Below are positions 1 to 9,293 of a stretch of 64,000 bases of DNA, piece after piece. The stretch's first letter is position 1; every line of letters starts with the position of its first letter. The translations under genes and the position numbers were made by a program. The stretch is from IMG/VR virus record IMGVR_UViG_3300045440_000165, positions 11,735-75,734 of that record, one strand, 5' to 3'. The notes under the pieces were generated by a model. The model worked only from the letters and a program-made list of their open reading frames with translations. It was not told where the DNA came from and did not search any database. The DNA comes from a virus.

Positions 1-27
1 GTCGATAGTAATGGGTATTCTGTTGTC

Positions 28-255
28 TTGAGAGTTAAGAATGCCTATAAAACGGGGGAGTATAGCTGCAATTACGTAGAGCGTTCTGTGTGGCTATGTT
101 CTTATGAACGAATTTTCGAGGAATTTACTCCATTTTGTGAGAACATGACAGAAAGTTATTATAAGAATATTCAAGATATAATAGAAGAAAAGCAAGAGAT
201 GATTGATAAATTGCAAGGTGAGATAATGACAGCTAAAAGGGAAATATATTTATAA
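28..255 (+). CDS. hypothetical protein (may start upstream of window)
   Basis: ORF with coiled-coil-like C-terminus, directly upstream of next gene. Confidence 0.5.
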   Translation: MRVKNAYKTGEYSCNYVERSVWLCSYERIFEEFTPFCENMTESYYKNIQDIIEEKQEMIDKLQGEIMTAKREIYL

Positions 256-264
256 AGGGAGTGT

Positions 265-585
265 ATGATACCAACAACTGATAGAGTGCTATTCTTAGAT
301 GCTTACATTGAGTGTGCGGAATGGGCAGACGAGGAGTTACTTGCATACTGCGACACTGAAACATTTATGAAAGATGCAATAGAAGATTGCAATTCGTTTA
401 TAATAGCTAATGAGGAATTATTAACAGAGTATTGCAATCGCGGCTATGATTTAAGTCAAGCTGGACATGACTTTTGGCTAACACGTCAAGGGCATGGGGC
501 GGGTTTTTGGGATAAAGGCATGGAAGAACTAGGGGAACAATTGACAGCGATTGCCGAAGCATACGGGAGTTATTGCAATTTATAA
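265..585 (+). CDS. conserved phage hypothetical protein
   Basis: RBS AGGGAG; motif GHDFWLTRxGHGAGFWD recognised from phage early-region proteins. Confidence 0.75.
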   Translation: MIPTTDRVLFLDAYIECAEWADEELLAYCDTETFMKDAIEDCNSFIIANEELLTEYCNRGYDLSQAGHDFWLTRQGHGAGFWDKGMEELGEQLTAIAEAYGSYCNL

Positions 586-608
586 TAAAAGGAGTATGTT
601 AGGATTAT

Positions 609-634
609 AAGCCACTCTAACCGGTGGCTTTTTT
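609..634 (+). terminator. Rho-independent terminator
   Basis: AAGCCAC-loop-GTGGCTT followed by T run. Confidence 0.75.
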
Positions 635-1160
635 ATTGCCTATTTATTTGTGCGGCTATGCTATGGCAATGCTATATTGTATTATAACAAAACATTATTG
701 TGTAATAGGAATATAATGGGAGTGATAATACAAAAGTGGTTTCTAATACTACATCTAGTAGTTTGCCAGTGTTTTGTTAGTAGCTTATTAGCAGCTTAGT
801 ATCAGGGTATTATTATAGTGTTAGTAATATATTATTAATCGAGTAATAGCTTACTAAAGTGTGCAAGTGTGCGGAAAGTACCCTTCTAGTGTACTGCCAA
901 GGGATAACACACAAGGCATTGAGGGGGATGCCAAGGAGTATTCAAAAGAGTGTCTTCGAGAGTATCCCCAGTGTAGGGGAGGAATAATTTGATGTGAAAC
1001 AAAAAAATGTTGCCCTTCTTAGGTAGAACGGCATAAAATAGCGCGATAGATGTAAATCACAGCATAAAATATCAAATCATCAACATAAACATTACAATAA
1101 ATGCTATCGTAGAGTGATGATAGCATTCAATCCTGCAGCATCCCGTATAATCCCTATATA

Positions 1161-1173
1161 AATCAATGACTTA
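1161..1173 (+). promoter_or_regulatory. putative IHF-binding site
   Basis: AATCAATGACTTA matches WATCAANNNNTTR consensus in the long non-coding region. Confidence 0.4.
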
Positions 1174-1408
1174 CGTGTGGTCAGTGTATGTCTACCCTCT
1201 ACCTATGTGTAAGATGCCATTGTTCATTGACTCTTTATACGATGCCCATAGATGCCCCTAAAACCCCACGAGTGGCTCCAGCACTGGGTTTGAGGGTAGA
1301 GTACCAACAGAGGGCTATTAACGCCATGGTGATATTTTAGACTAGGAAATGAGGGATTTTAGGGATATGCGGTGGCCGTTACACCCCCCAAATAGAAATT
1401 TCCTATAC

Positions 1409-1462
1409 ATTTCCAAGGGTATTTCTAGATATTTTCAAGGATTTCTAAGGTATTTCTAAGGG
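1409..1462. repeat. degenerate 10-12 bp tandem repeats (ATTTCYAAGG-like)
   Basis: atttccaagggt/atttctagat/attttcaagg/atttctaaggt/atttctaaggg. Confidence 0.7.
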
Positions 1463-1484
1463 TTTTACGGGGATTTTATATATG

Positions 1485-1520
1485 TTTTACAGCCGCTATC
1501 CGATAATTTTACAGCCGCTA
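1485..1520. repeat. 14 bp direct repeat TTTTACAGCCGCTA x2
   Basis: Exact copies at 1485-1498 and 1507-1520. Confidence 0.85.
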
Positions 1521-1951
1521 ATAGCTTTTTGATATTTCCCACTATCACTAATTAATAGCCAATTTAAAATGGAAAATAGCCTAAAAATTTTAGCCTGAAA
1601 AATATTAAGGGAAGGAGATGATAGATATAGTAGATATATCAAAGTTACTGAATGTTACTTATAAGCAATGATATTTTGAGTGATATTTTGGGAGAGTTAC
1701 TGGGTATAAATATTGAATATAAACGCTAGCAATAGACACTAAGTATTGACACTAGATATAGTATAATAATTATGTAATATTATTTTGCACAAATGAATAT
1801 ATAAATATTTACATATTACAAGGTTTATAAGCTACAGATTGTATTGTGAGAATATAACCTATAACTTATAAATGGATATGAGGGATTACTTAGGAACGTG
1901 GACACGAGGTATTCGCTAGTAGGTACGAGCTACCTGAACGAAGTGATTATC

Positions 1952-1987
1952 TGCGAATGCTAGCGAATTACATGCGCAATAGCGAAT
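1952..1987. repeat. dispersed element copy A (inverted relative to 22713-22746)
   Basis: Reverse complement ATTCGCTATTGCGCATGTAATTCGCTAGCATTCGCA aligns to 22713-22746. Confidence 0.75.
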
Positions 1988-2046
1988 CCTACGAACGTAG
2001 TGAGGTATCGATGAGCGATAGCGAGTTACCATCTGGTAACAATATC

Positions 2047-2766
2047 CTACCACCTTGTGGTAATATTCGCCACAGTCTTAGCATACCATTTCCCTCCCCG
2101 TTGAGTTTTATTACCATGTAAATTTAACTCTTCAGCTATAGCATGAAAGCTCATCCCATCTTTACGCATACGAGAGATTGTAGGTTTCATGAACAATGCA
2201 AAATTATCAGCTTCTTGCTTATTAGCAATTACACTTTGCTTGTTAGCTTTATGAGCATGAGCGGCTACAGTTGGAAGAGACATTCCTAATGGCTCCCCTC
2301 TGGCTTTCTTAGCAGCGAAAGCAGCTTTAGTCCTCTCACCAATCTTCCTACGCTCCTCTTCTGCAAAGGAAGCTCTCAATTGAATTTCTAGAGGAGATAC
2401 ATCTATCCCGCATTCAGCTACGATAAATTTGGCAGAGCCATATTTGGTAGAAGAGTCCATGAGATTGAATATAAAGCTAGCTTTCCTAGACAGCCTATCA
2501 ATCTTAGAAATTAGAATAGAAGCTCCTATCTTCTGAGCATCTTTGAAAGCTTGCTTTAGTATGGGCCTTCTATCAAGATCATATTTACCAGATACTATTT
2601 CTACCCTAGTATCAATTATCTCAATACCGTGGTAGCTTGCAAAGCGCTTCATATCTTCTATTTGAGCTTCCACCCCTAATCCTGATTTCCCTTGCTCTGT
2701 AGTGGAAACACGAGCATAGGCTATTACTTGCTTGCAAGCTATAGCTTGTTTAGATATTGATTTCAT
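2047..2766 (-). CDS. serine recombinase (resolvase/invertase family) with C-terminal HTH
   Basis: YARVST catalytic motif, DRLSR, EERRKIGERTK, C-terminal IAEELN...RGGKW. Confidence 0.93.
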   Translation of the reverse strand: MKSISKQAIACKQVIAYARVSTTEQGKSGLGVEAQIEDMKRFASYHGIEIIDTRVEIVSGKYDLDRRPILKQAFKDAQKIGASILISKIDRLSRKASFIFNLMDSSTKYGSAKFIVAECGIDVSPLEIQLRASFAEEERRKIGERTKAAFAAKKARGEPLGMSLPTVAAHAHKANKQSVIANKQEADNFALFMKPTISRMRKDGMSFHAIAEELNLHGNKTQRGGKWYAKTVANITTRW

Positions 2767-2837
2767 GCATCCTCCAGAAAGTAATGAAATATAGTGTACA
2801 GGGATTAGGGGTAGTGTGCAATAATTTATTTAAAAAT

Positions 2838-3143
2838 TTATTTCTTTACCATTAGAGTGAAATATATCTCTTCCTCTTTCGATGTCCAAGTCCTAAAAAT
2901 CCCCTCTTTAGAATCAAATATAATACCAATACTATCTTCTAATTTAAATCCATATAACATATAAGGGGGTGTATTACTTGGCTGCAATAAATCACTACTT
3001 GTCAAGCTGCTACTAAAATCCCAATAATATAAAATCTCATCATCTTCCACAGATAGTTTATTCCTAATTATCTCTATTAGAATATTTAATAACCCATAAT
3101 CCACTTGTGGGTAATCATAGAATCTGTATTTTGCATTATGCAT
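2838..3143 (-). CDS. hypothetical protein
   Basis: ORF with RBS AAGGGA. Confidence 0.55.
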   Translation of the reverse strand: MHNAKYRFYDYPQVDYGLLNILIEIIRNKLSVEDDEILYYWDFSSSLTSSDLLQPSNTPPYMLYGFKLEDSIGIIFDSKEGIFRTWTSKEEEIYFTLMVKK

Positions 3144-3193
3144 TTAATACTTTCCCTTGATAAATAAATTAACACTTGCTTTTAATGAATAGC

Positions 3194-3391
3194 TTAATGC
3201 TTTGCATTAATGAATTCGCTAATAGCGGTCTCCGTAAGTGTGCAAATAGTCTTACAAAATAAATAAATAGACATTACAGTAAATAACAATGTCACCATAC
3301 TAATAGAGAATACTAATAATATCGTCATCTTTACTAGCTCGTATGGAAATAGTAATACTGAAGCTATTGCACTACGTTTCTTCTTATACAT
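3194..3391 (-). CDS. hypothetical membrane protein
   Basis: Basic N-terminus and long hydrophobic segment. Confidence 0.55.
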   Translation of the reverse strand: MYKKKRSAIASVLLFPYELVKMTILLVFSISMVTLLFTVMSIYLFCKTICTLTETAISEFINAKH

Positions 3392-3447
3392 GTAATACCC
3401 TTTTTAAAATATGTTTTTATTAAAAATACCCTTTTTAAAATAAATTT

Positions 3448-3666
3448 TCATTTAGGAACAAAATAACTAATTTTCAAATAACTATCCACCACCCTACTAA
3501 AGTCAGCTAAAAGCTCTTCTGGTGTTTTCCCTATATACATTACAACATCTTCTATCCCTTGCACATGTCCAAATAGCATATTACGGTAGAAACACACTTT
3601 GATATTTCCTTTGAATCCTTTGTAATACAGAGTTTGCCCTGAAGTCAGTGTATCGCTATTAGTCAT
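3448..3666 (-). CDS. HicB-like antitoxin (N-terminal toxin-binding domain only)
   Basis: YKGFKGNI...LFGHVQGIEDVVMYIGKTPEELLADFSRVVDSYL resembles HicB N-terminal fold; no DNA-binding domain. Confidence 0.7.
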   Translation of the reverse strand: MTNSDTLTSGQTLYYKGFKGNIKVCFYRNMLFGHVQGIEDVVMYIGKTPEELLADFSRVVDSYLKISYFVPK

Positions 3667-4022
3667 TCTCTATCTCCATAAATTGCAACTTTAATTAGCT
3701 TAGAAACAAATAGATAAGCTTCTTGATAGTCTAAGTAGCTTACATCCCCATACTCATCTATATCCCCACTTATAAACCCTCCATGCACCAATGGGCTAAA
3801 TAAATCATACTCCCAGTCAGAATTACCAAAGGGGCGTCTACCGCTAAAACTTTCTTTCGTATCCCACAGCTTATCTAGTAACATGAACAGGTAGTCTCTG
3901 ATAGATATTTCATCATCTGCTGCATCACAATAGAATCGTACATTTAATGCAGCTTCATATTTATTATCTGTCTCTAGTTCTACAAGCGGGGTGTATTGCA
4001 CACCATCAATCATTATTTGCAT
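3663..4022 (-). CDS. hypothetical protein
   Basis: Start at MQIMIDG with RBS AAGGAG; motif FSGRRPFGNSDWEYDL. Confidence 0.7.
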   Translation of the reverse strand: MQIMIDGVQYTPLVELETDNKYEAALNVRFYCDAADDEISIRDYLFMLLDKLWDTKESFSGRRPFGNSDWEYDLFSPLVHGGFISGDIDEYGDVSYLDYQEAYLFVSKLIKVAIYGDRE

Positions 4023-4182
4023 ATAGTGCTCCTTGCATAAGATGCTCCTTAAGTAATTAGAATACACTTCATTGTTTCCCTTATATCCTAAACAATAGCT
4101 AAATTGTTCTTTCATATAACATACTTTCCGCTATACACCGAATAATTAAGAAGGGAGCCGAAGAATCCCCTTACAGTAGATT

Positions 4183-4425
4183 CTAGTATGGAAGATACTC
4201 CCATTGATAATCTATCATAATTTGTTTTATCTTGCTAATAACATATTCTTCATCTTGCGTATAATAGAATGTTAATAGCTCCTTGTGTAACTTATCTGTA
4301 GGATCAATATCTCGTAAATAAGTATTATAAAAGAATTGTCCTAATCTAAGCTGTGCAGGTTTGATGCTGCGTAGTGCTACAATGAATTCCTCTAGTGACA
4401 TAGGGCCTTGTATCATAATCACCAA
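4183..4425 (-). CDS. hypothetical protein
   Basis: ORF in operon; RLGQFFYN motif. Confidence 0.6.
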   Translation of the reverse strand: MVIMIQGPMSLEEFIVALRSIKPAQLRLGQFFYNTYLRDIDPTDKLHKELLTFYYTQDEEYVISKIKQIMIDYQWEYLPY

Positions 4426-4697
4426 CCTCTGGGACTAAGATATACTCTAGCATCTTGCCCTGTAATTCTCTTGAATTTACATTTCAATGCTTCAATTACA
4501 TCAAGATCAATATTAATTTCTGTAGCACAGAAATCTCCACTACTCTCGTAAGTAAATCCAGCAATAGCATCATCTTCTCCGTCACCATCGTAATAGGGGG
4601 AACATACATCTAGTTCCTCATCCTCAATCAAATCTTGATGTGTTACTTCTCCGCGAGGAAGTCCCACCATAATGCTGGCTGCGTAACATACTCCCAT
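4419..4697 (-). CDS. hypothetical protein
   Basis: ORF with RBS AAGGA. Confidence 0.65.
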   Translation of the reverse strand: MGVCYAASIMVGLPRGEVTHQDLIEDEELDVCSPYYDGDGEDDAIAGFTYESSGDFCATEINIDLDVIEALKCKFKRITGQDARVYLSPRGW

Positions 4698-4711
4698 TAT
4701 ATTTCCTTTAA

Positions 4712-5221
4712 TTATTTATTGATCATTATTTCATGTACATCTTCCAGCGTTAATAGCTTCTTATGTACATCCCATCCTACATCCAAACATTTCCCTGTAA
4801 CACCACTATCTCTACCATGACAATGTCCATGTAACGAATATGAGCCATAGTGCTTCCTATTCCAGCTTGCAATAGGGAAATGAAACATACACACATGCTG
4901 CTTATCTGAAGTAGGAGTTTTAAAAGGTTTTTCTAGGTATAAATGAAACTCTGATACTTCTTTCTTCAGTTCCTCGTTAAATTTATCATGATTCCCTTTA
5001 ACGAATATCTTACTACCATTCAATGTACGAAGTAAGTGCAACGTAGTGTCTGTCTTATGGAAACTAAAATCTCCTAAAATATACACCATATCTGAAGGAG
5101 CTACTTGAGAATTCCATGTAGCTTTCATATGTGCATCCATTGCAGGAGTATCTGGAAAGCCCCTCATTTCCGCCATAGCTCGATGACCAAAATGTAAATC
5201 TGAAGTAAAGAAGATTGTCAT
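4712..5221 (-). CDS. calcineurin-like metallophosphoesterase
   Basis: SDLHFGH, LGD, GNHD, HFP, HGHCH, DVGWD motifs. Confidence 0.92.
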   Translation of the reverse strand: MTIFFTSDLHFGHRAMAEMRGFPDTPAMDAHMKATWNSQVAPSDMVYILGDFSFHKTDTTLHLLRTLNGSKIFVKGNHDKFNEELKKEVSEFHLYLEKPFKTPTSDKQHVCMFHFPIASWNRKHYGSYSLHGHCHGRDSGVTGKCLDVGWDVHKKLLTLEDVHEIMINK

Positions 5222-5225
5222 AATT

Positions 5226-5546
5226 TTATAAACCTACAAAACGTAGCATACATGCATCGCTACACAGTGCATATCTTCCGTGCGTAATTGCATCCTCTTC
5301 TAGCACTCTGCTTCCACAGTTATCACATGTGCATACCCCATTAAATTCTGTATACACTCCATCCCCTTTAGACGGGAATTGATCTTTAGTAGCATCTACA
5401 ATAGTACCATCAATTTTCTCACACCACCAATGTTGCTGATCACCCCAGATATAGTCGAAATAAATACCCCGAACTAACCGTAGCGATGCATCCTTGGAGC
5501 AAAGTTCTTCTGATATTTCTTTACACTTCCCTCTTAGTGGGTGCAT
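5226..5546 (-). CDS. hypothetical protein with C-terminal Zn-finger-like Cys pairs
   Basis: C..HWW..D(A)TxxQF pattern; CDNC and CSDAC. Confidence 0.65.
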   Translation of the reverse strand: MHPLRGKCKEISEELCSKDASLRLVRGIYFDYIWGDQQHWWCEKIDGTIVDATKDQFPSKGDGVYTEFNGVCTCDNCGSRVLEEDAITHGRYALCSDACMLRFVGL

Positions 5547-5612
5547 ATTTTATTCCATTAGAGTGTTAAAAAGGCAGGCACTTAAGCCCACCTAGTGTTA
5601 TGCAAGAGCATG

Positions 5613-6326
5613 TCAATGTAGGTCAGTCTTCTTTTTCCTACGCACAGGTTTTTTAGCAATAGAATTATTATCCGTAGGATTATTCTCCACAGGTTTAATA
5701 CTATCCAAAGCCTCTTCCTCTCCCGCCATTTCTTCAATAATAGAAGCTACAAGTTCTTTCCTAGCTTCCTCTCGTTTATCATACCTTTTATCAAACTCAT
5801 CTTTCCCCATGTAGAAGTCTTTCCCTGAAAGCATAGCTGATATTTCATGCTCTGTAAAGAAATCTTTATACATTTCATGGATAATAGCCTTACTAGCTTT
5901 TAGTGTATGCGCTACATGACTCTCTACGCTGCTACCAGCACCACCACTACCAAAAGACACTTGGTGGAACATTAGAGTGATATAAGGGTTGACATACACT
6001 TCATCTGCAGCCATGAGTAAGAATGTACCAGCGCTAGCAACATCACTAACAGCATGTACTCCTACAATAGCTTTAGTACGTCGCATAGAGTTTAATAACG
6101 GTAGGATAGCATGTAAAGCCCCCCCGTTAGTGGAAAGTTTAATATCCATAAAATCTCCCTCACTTGCAGCATCTAGTACAGTTACAATATCTTCGAATTG
6201 TCTTACACTCTCGAAGTCTTCATCAATAGACACTTTATAGGTCATATTGTTAGCTGTGCCAGACACTTGAAATGGCTCAGGTTTATTGCTAAGAGCTTCC
6301 AACCATTCTTCTGAAAATTTACTCAT
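5613..6326 (-). CDS. ClpP-like protease
   Basis: LSTNGG, VASAG (catalytic Ser), LMFHQ (His), KDFY (Asp) match ClpP motifs. Confidence 0.85.
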   Translation of the reverse strand: MSKFSEEWLEALSNKPEPFQVSGTANNMTYKVSIDEDFESVRQFEDIVTVLDAASEGDFMDIKLSTNGGALHAILPLLNSMRRTKAIVGVHAVSDVASAGTFLLMAADEVYVNPYITLMFHQVSFGSGGAGSSVESHVAHTLKASKAIIHEMYKDFFTEHEISAMLSGKDFYMGKDEFDKRYDKREEARKELVASIIEEMAGEEEALDSIKPVENNPTDNNSIAKKPVRRKKKTDLH

Positions 6327-6375
6327 GCCCACTCCTTTGGTTATATATAATTTTATTAAGGTTAGTATAACAATA

Positions 6376-7188
6376 TTATTGGTGGTAGTATAGCTTTACA
6401 ATAGCCTTACAAAACCCGCTTCGTAGAATATCATCCGGTGTGAAATGCACCACTCCCACACTATCTTCCAAGCTATCAAGATCACCATCATCTAAATAAT
6501 CTGGGCAATCTTCAAGAGCCTTACTGATCATTTTAAAGGTACTATCCAATCCGCTACTCTGCCCTTTATTCACTTGCCTAGTGTCTCCAGTGATAATTAG
6601 CTGGCATCCATCCCCGATACGAGATAGTAGTGTTTCATACTCCTCCTCTGTAAGCCCCTGCCCTTCTTCTAGGATTACTAAAGTATTTTCATAAGATTGC
6701 CCACGGATGAATTCAAAAGCTCTAGTAACAATAATTTCTTTATGTTGGCAATAGGAAAGATAGCCAGCTCCTAAGAATTTCCTAAAATGATCCATAGTTT
6801 GTACAAAGAAAGGTGCAAGCTTCTCTTGTTCATTACCAGTAAGCAACCCGATAGTTTTACCATTAAGTACATTAGGTCTGATCAACACTACTTGATCTAC
6901 TTTCTTTTGCTTAAGTTGAGAAGAAGCCCAGAAAGCTGCAATAAGACTCTTCCCTGTTCCGGCAGATCCTATCAATGCCACCACTTGCTTACCAGCGCGA
7001 AGGTAGGCTAGTGCTAATTTCTGATTCTGAGTTTTAGCATCAAACTTAGGCATATTAGGTTGCACTTGCTCTGCAAATACAGTGAGTCCTCCGTTGCTAT
7101 CAAACTTTGGCTTTTGTATAGGCTTCTCTCCTTCAACAATTTTATTATTACGAGTTTTGCGTACATGCCTTGTTGCAGATTTTGACAT
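6376..7188 (-). CDS. phoH: PhoH family ATPase
   Basis: KTQNQ, GSAGTGKS, RP, IRGQSY, LEEGQ, SRIG, TGDTRQ, DILRS motifs. Confidence 0.93.
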   Translation of the reverse strand: MSKSATRHVRKTRNNKIVEGEKPIQKPKFDSNGGLTVFAEQVQPNMPKFDAKTQNQKLALAYLRAGKQVVALIGSAGTGKSLIAAFWASSQLKQKKVDQVVLIRPNVLNGKTIGLLTGNEQEKLAPFFVQTMDHFRKFLGAGYLSYCQHKEIIVTRAFEFIRGQSYENTLVILEEGQGLTEEEYETLLSRIGDGCQLIITGDTRQVNKGQSSGLDSTFKMISKALEDCPDYLDDGDLDSLEDSVGVVHFTPDDILRSGFCKAIVKLYYHQ

Positions 7189-7354
7189 TGTCTTCCTCGG
7201 TTATAGTTCTAAGTTCATTAATATATCGCTCTAAGTCACGTATCTTCAATTCACAGTCTCTTATCTTATCTTGCAACCTCCTAATAACGCGTTCTTCGTT
7301 AGTTGAAAACATCTCTATCCTTTATTATTTGTATGCACAATTGAATGAGCTACA

Positions 7355-7564
7355 TTACTTGCGTTTATAATTGTCACAAACATCCCGCACGTTGGTTACA
7401 GGTATTTTGCCTACTAGAGTCATATACGTTTCCTTATGGGAAGTGATGCAAGTAAAGTCTTCTTTCCGCAAGGTGATAGTGGGAGAATTAGCTGTAGCAA
7501 CTGCTAAATAGATAAGAAAAACTATAAGACTACCTATCAGTGTAGCTATAGCTTTTTTTATGAA
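7355..7564 (-). CDS. hypothetical membrane-anchored protein
   Basis: N-terminal hydrophobic helix; start position uncertain. Confidence 0.5.
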   Translation of the reverse strand, partial: FIKKAIATLIGSLIVFLIYLAVATANSPTITLRKEDFTCITSHKETYMTLVGKIPVTNVRDVCDNYKRK

Positions 7565-7571
7565 GCACATA

Positions 7572-7781
7572 CTACACCTCAAGCCACACAACATCAGTCG
7601 ATAGAATCACTTCCCGCGTTTTAAAAGGAGTAGTAATTTCTAAAGTCACCACCTTATCTTCCTCATTAACAAACTTAAATCCATTTATGTGCCCATACTC
7701 TCCCCATTTAGTGCCGACTACTGTTCCTATCTTTAGCTTCCAAACTGGTACTCTTGCATTGAACATTGTTACGATCATCAC
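7572..7781 (-). CDS. hypothetical protein
   Basis: ORF in operon with RBS AAGGA. Confidence 0.55.
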   Translation of the reverse strand: MMIVTMFNARVPVWKLKIGTVVGTKWGEYGHINGFKFVNEEDKVVTLEITTPFKTREVILSTDVVWLEV

Positions 7782-7983
7782 ATTCCTTTAAAGCGTTAAT
7801 AAATTTCCTACCTCTGACAGCATACAAAACTTGAGTTAAGTCTGCTACTTCGGGCATATCCCCTGTTAGCAAAGCATTTAGACATGAGTGAACATAATCC
7901 AACTCACCTTTATACCAAGCCAACTCTTTCTCCAGATCCACTACCCTACCTTTTAATGTTACTAAGTATTCTGTTTCTGCCAT
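7708..7983 (-). CDS. hypothetical protein
   Basis: Coiled-coil ORF in operon. Confidence 0.55.
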   Translation of the reverse strand: MAETEYLVTLKGRVVDLEKELAWYKGELDYVHSCLNALLTGDMPEVADLTQVLYAVRGRKFINALKECDDRNNVQCKSTSLEAKDRNSSRH

Positions 7984-7985
7984 AC

Positions 7986-8174
7986 TTATTTCTTCGCTTT
8001 AGGTTTACTAGCACTCTCTTCCACTTCTTTCACCATATAGATGCAATATTGAAATCCCATTTGAAACGGAGCTTCTTTCGGATCAAGAATATACCCATCT
8101 TTGGCATAGCTTACAGCTTGCATTACAGCAACTTCCCATGATGGCTCTAGGATCGTAATATTATTATTTGTCAT
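7986..8174 (-). CDS. hypothetical protein
   Basis: RBS AAGGA; Lys-rich tail. Confidence 0.6.
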   Translation of the reverse strand: MTNNNITILEPSWEVAVMQAVSYAKDGYILDPKEAPFQMGFQYCIYMVKEVEESASKPKAKK

Positions 8175-8348
8175 ACGTTTTATTCCTTATAAATTAAATA
8201 TTTTAAATTGCATATTTTAAATTACATACTTAGCGGGTCGTTATCATCAATTTCAAATCCTGCTCGCATTGTGGCAGATTCTAAATCAACATATCCGGTG
8301 TCTTCGTAGTGAAGGTATTCTTCGGAATCTTGGTATTCTAGGGTGCTA

Positions 8349-8576
8349 TTACTCATCATCTCTCCAGTAGTTTTGTAAATCAATATAATACACTTCGTTA
8401 ATAAAGTCTAGATAGCTATCTAAGATATTATGTAGTTCCTCCCGCTTGGTTAAAATTTCATTAGTGTTAGCTATTTGACAAGCTACTTCAAACAGGCCGA
8501 TAGTATTAAGCATCTTCTTTTCTGTAGCTTTTACATTTAGTGCCGCGTATTTACGCTTAGTGTCAGGGGATGTCAT
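8349..8576 (-). CDS. hypothetical protein
   Basis: First gene downstream of the leftward promoter. Confidence 0.6.
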   Translation of the reverse strand: MTSPDTKRKYAALNVKATEKKMLNTIGLFEVACQIANTNEILTKREELHNILDSYLDFINEVYYIDLQNYWRDDE

Positions 8577-8623
8577 TTAGCTCTCTTTGGGTTATTGCAC
8601 TTTGTGTACGGCACATGCTTTCT

Positions 8624-8652
8624 ATAGTATATGAGGGGTTTTATAAAGTCAA
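8624..8652 (-). promoter_or_regulatory. sigma70-type leftward promoter
   Basis: TTGACT-17 nt-TACTAT on minus strand. Confidence 0.65.
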
Positions 8653-8681
8653 GCGATTATTTTAGGAAGATTATTACAAAG

Positions 8682-8710
8682 TTGACAAATAATACTTGAC
8701 ATGTTAGTAT
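8682..8710 (+). promoter_or_regulatory. sigma70-type rightward promoter
   Basis: TTGACA-17 nt-TAGTAT with extended -10 TG. Confidence 0.7.
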
Positions 8711-8832
8711 CCCTAGTATTCTAAGTGTACGTTTTACAGGTAACTCCTAAATTTAACGACGCTAAGTGTGCTTTAAATACTACAGATAATGGTATCTCGG
8801 TAGTATTGTTATAACAAATACAAGGAGAAATA

Positions 8833-9291
8833 ATGGCTCGCGGTGATGTAAAACTTTTTGCAGAATTCATATTAAAATCTAAAGCTGGTACGGGATTCAA
8901 TTTAACTTCCGACACGCTTAAACTAGGTATTGTGGGCAACGGTGTTACACCTTCCGTTTCAACTACAGATCCACGTTGGGGTGTTGGTGGTACAACAGAT
9001 TTTTCAGCTCAACAGGTGGCTACAGGTACAGCCTACACAGGCCCTGTCACACTTACTAGCGTTGGCTATACACGTTCCAGTGGTGTGAACACAATAACAG
9101 CAGCAAATATTACCATATCTCAAGATGCCTCTGGTTTTACCACAGGGTATTGGGGTATTTTATACAACGATACTGTTGCAGGTAAATTTGCAATTGGTTT
9201 TGTCGATTTAGGCGGCCCCGTATCCATCGTTGGTGGCGCACTAAACATCAACTGGAATGCTTCAGGTATTGCAACTGAGACAGCGAGTTAA
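8833..9291 (+). CDS. putative virion structural protein (appendage module gene 1)
   Basis: RBS AAGGAG; Gly/Thr-rich beta-type sequence ending ...INWNASGI, like phage minor fibre proteins. Confidence 0.7.
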   Translation: MARGDVKLFAEFILKSKAGTGFNLTSDTLKLGIVGNGVTPSVSTTDPRWGVGGTTDFSAQQVATGTAYTGPVTLTSVGYTRSSGVNTITAANITISQDASGFTTGYWGILYNDTVAGKFAIGFVDLGGPVSIVGGALNINWNASGIATETAS

Positions 9292-9293
9292 TT

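Noticed and set aside
1409-1520. Possible CRISPR array
   Set aside because: Repeats are 10-14 bp with no unique 30-40 bp spacers and no cas genes
5613-7188. phoH and ClpP-like genes as novel
   Set aside because: Both are common accessory genes of lytic phages
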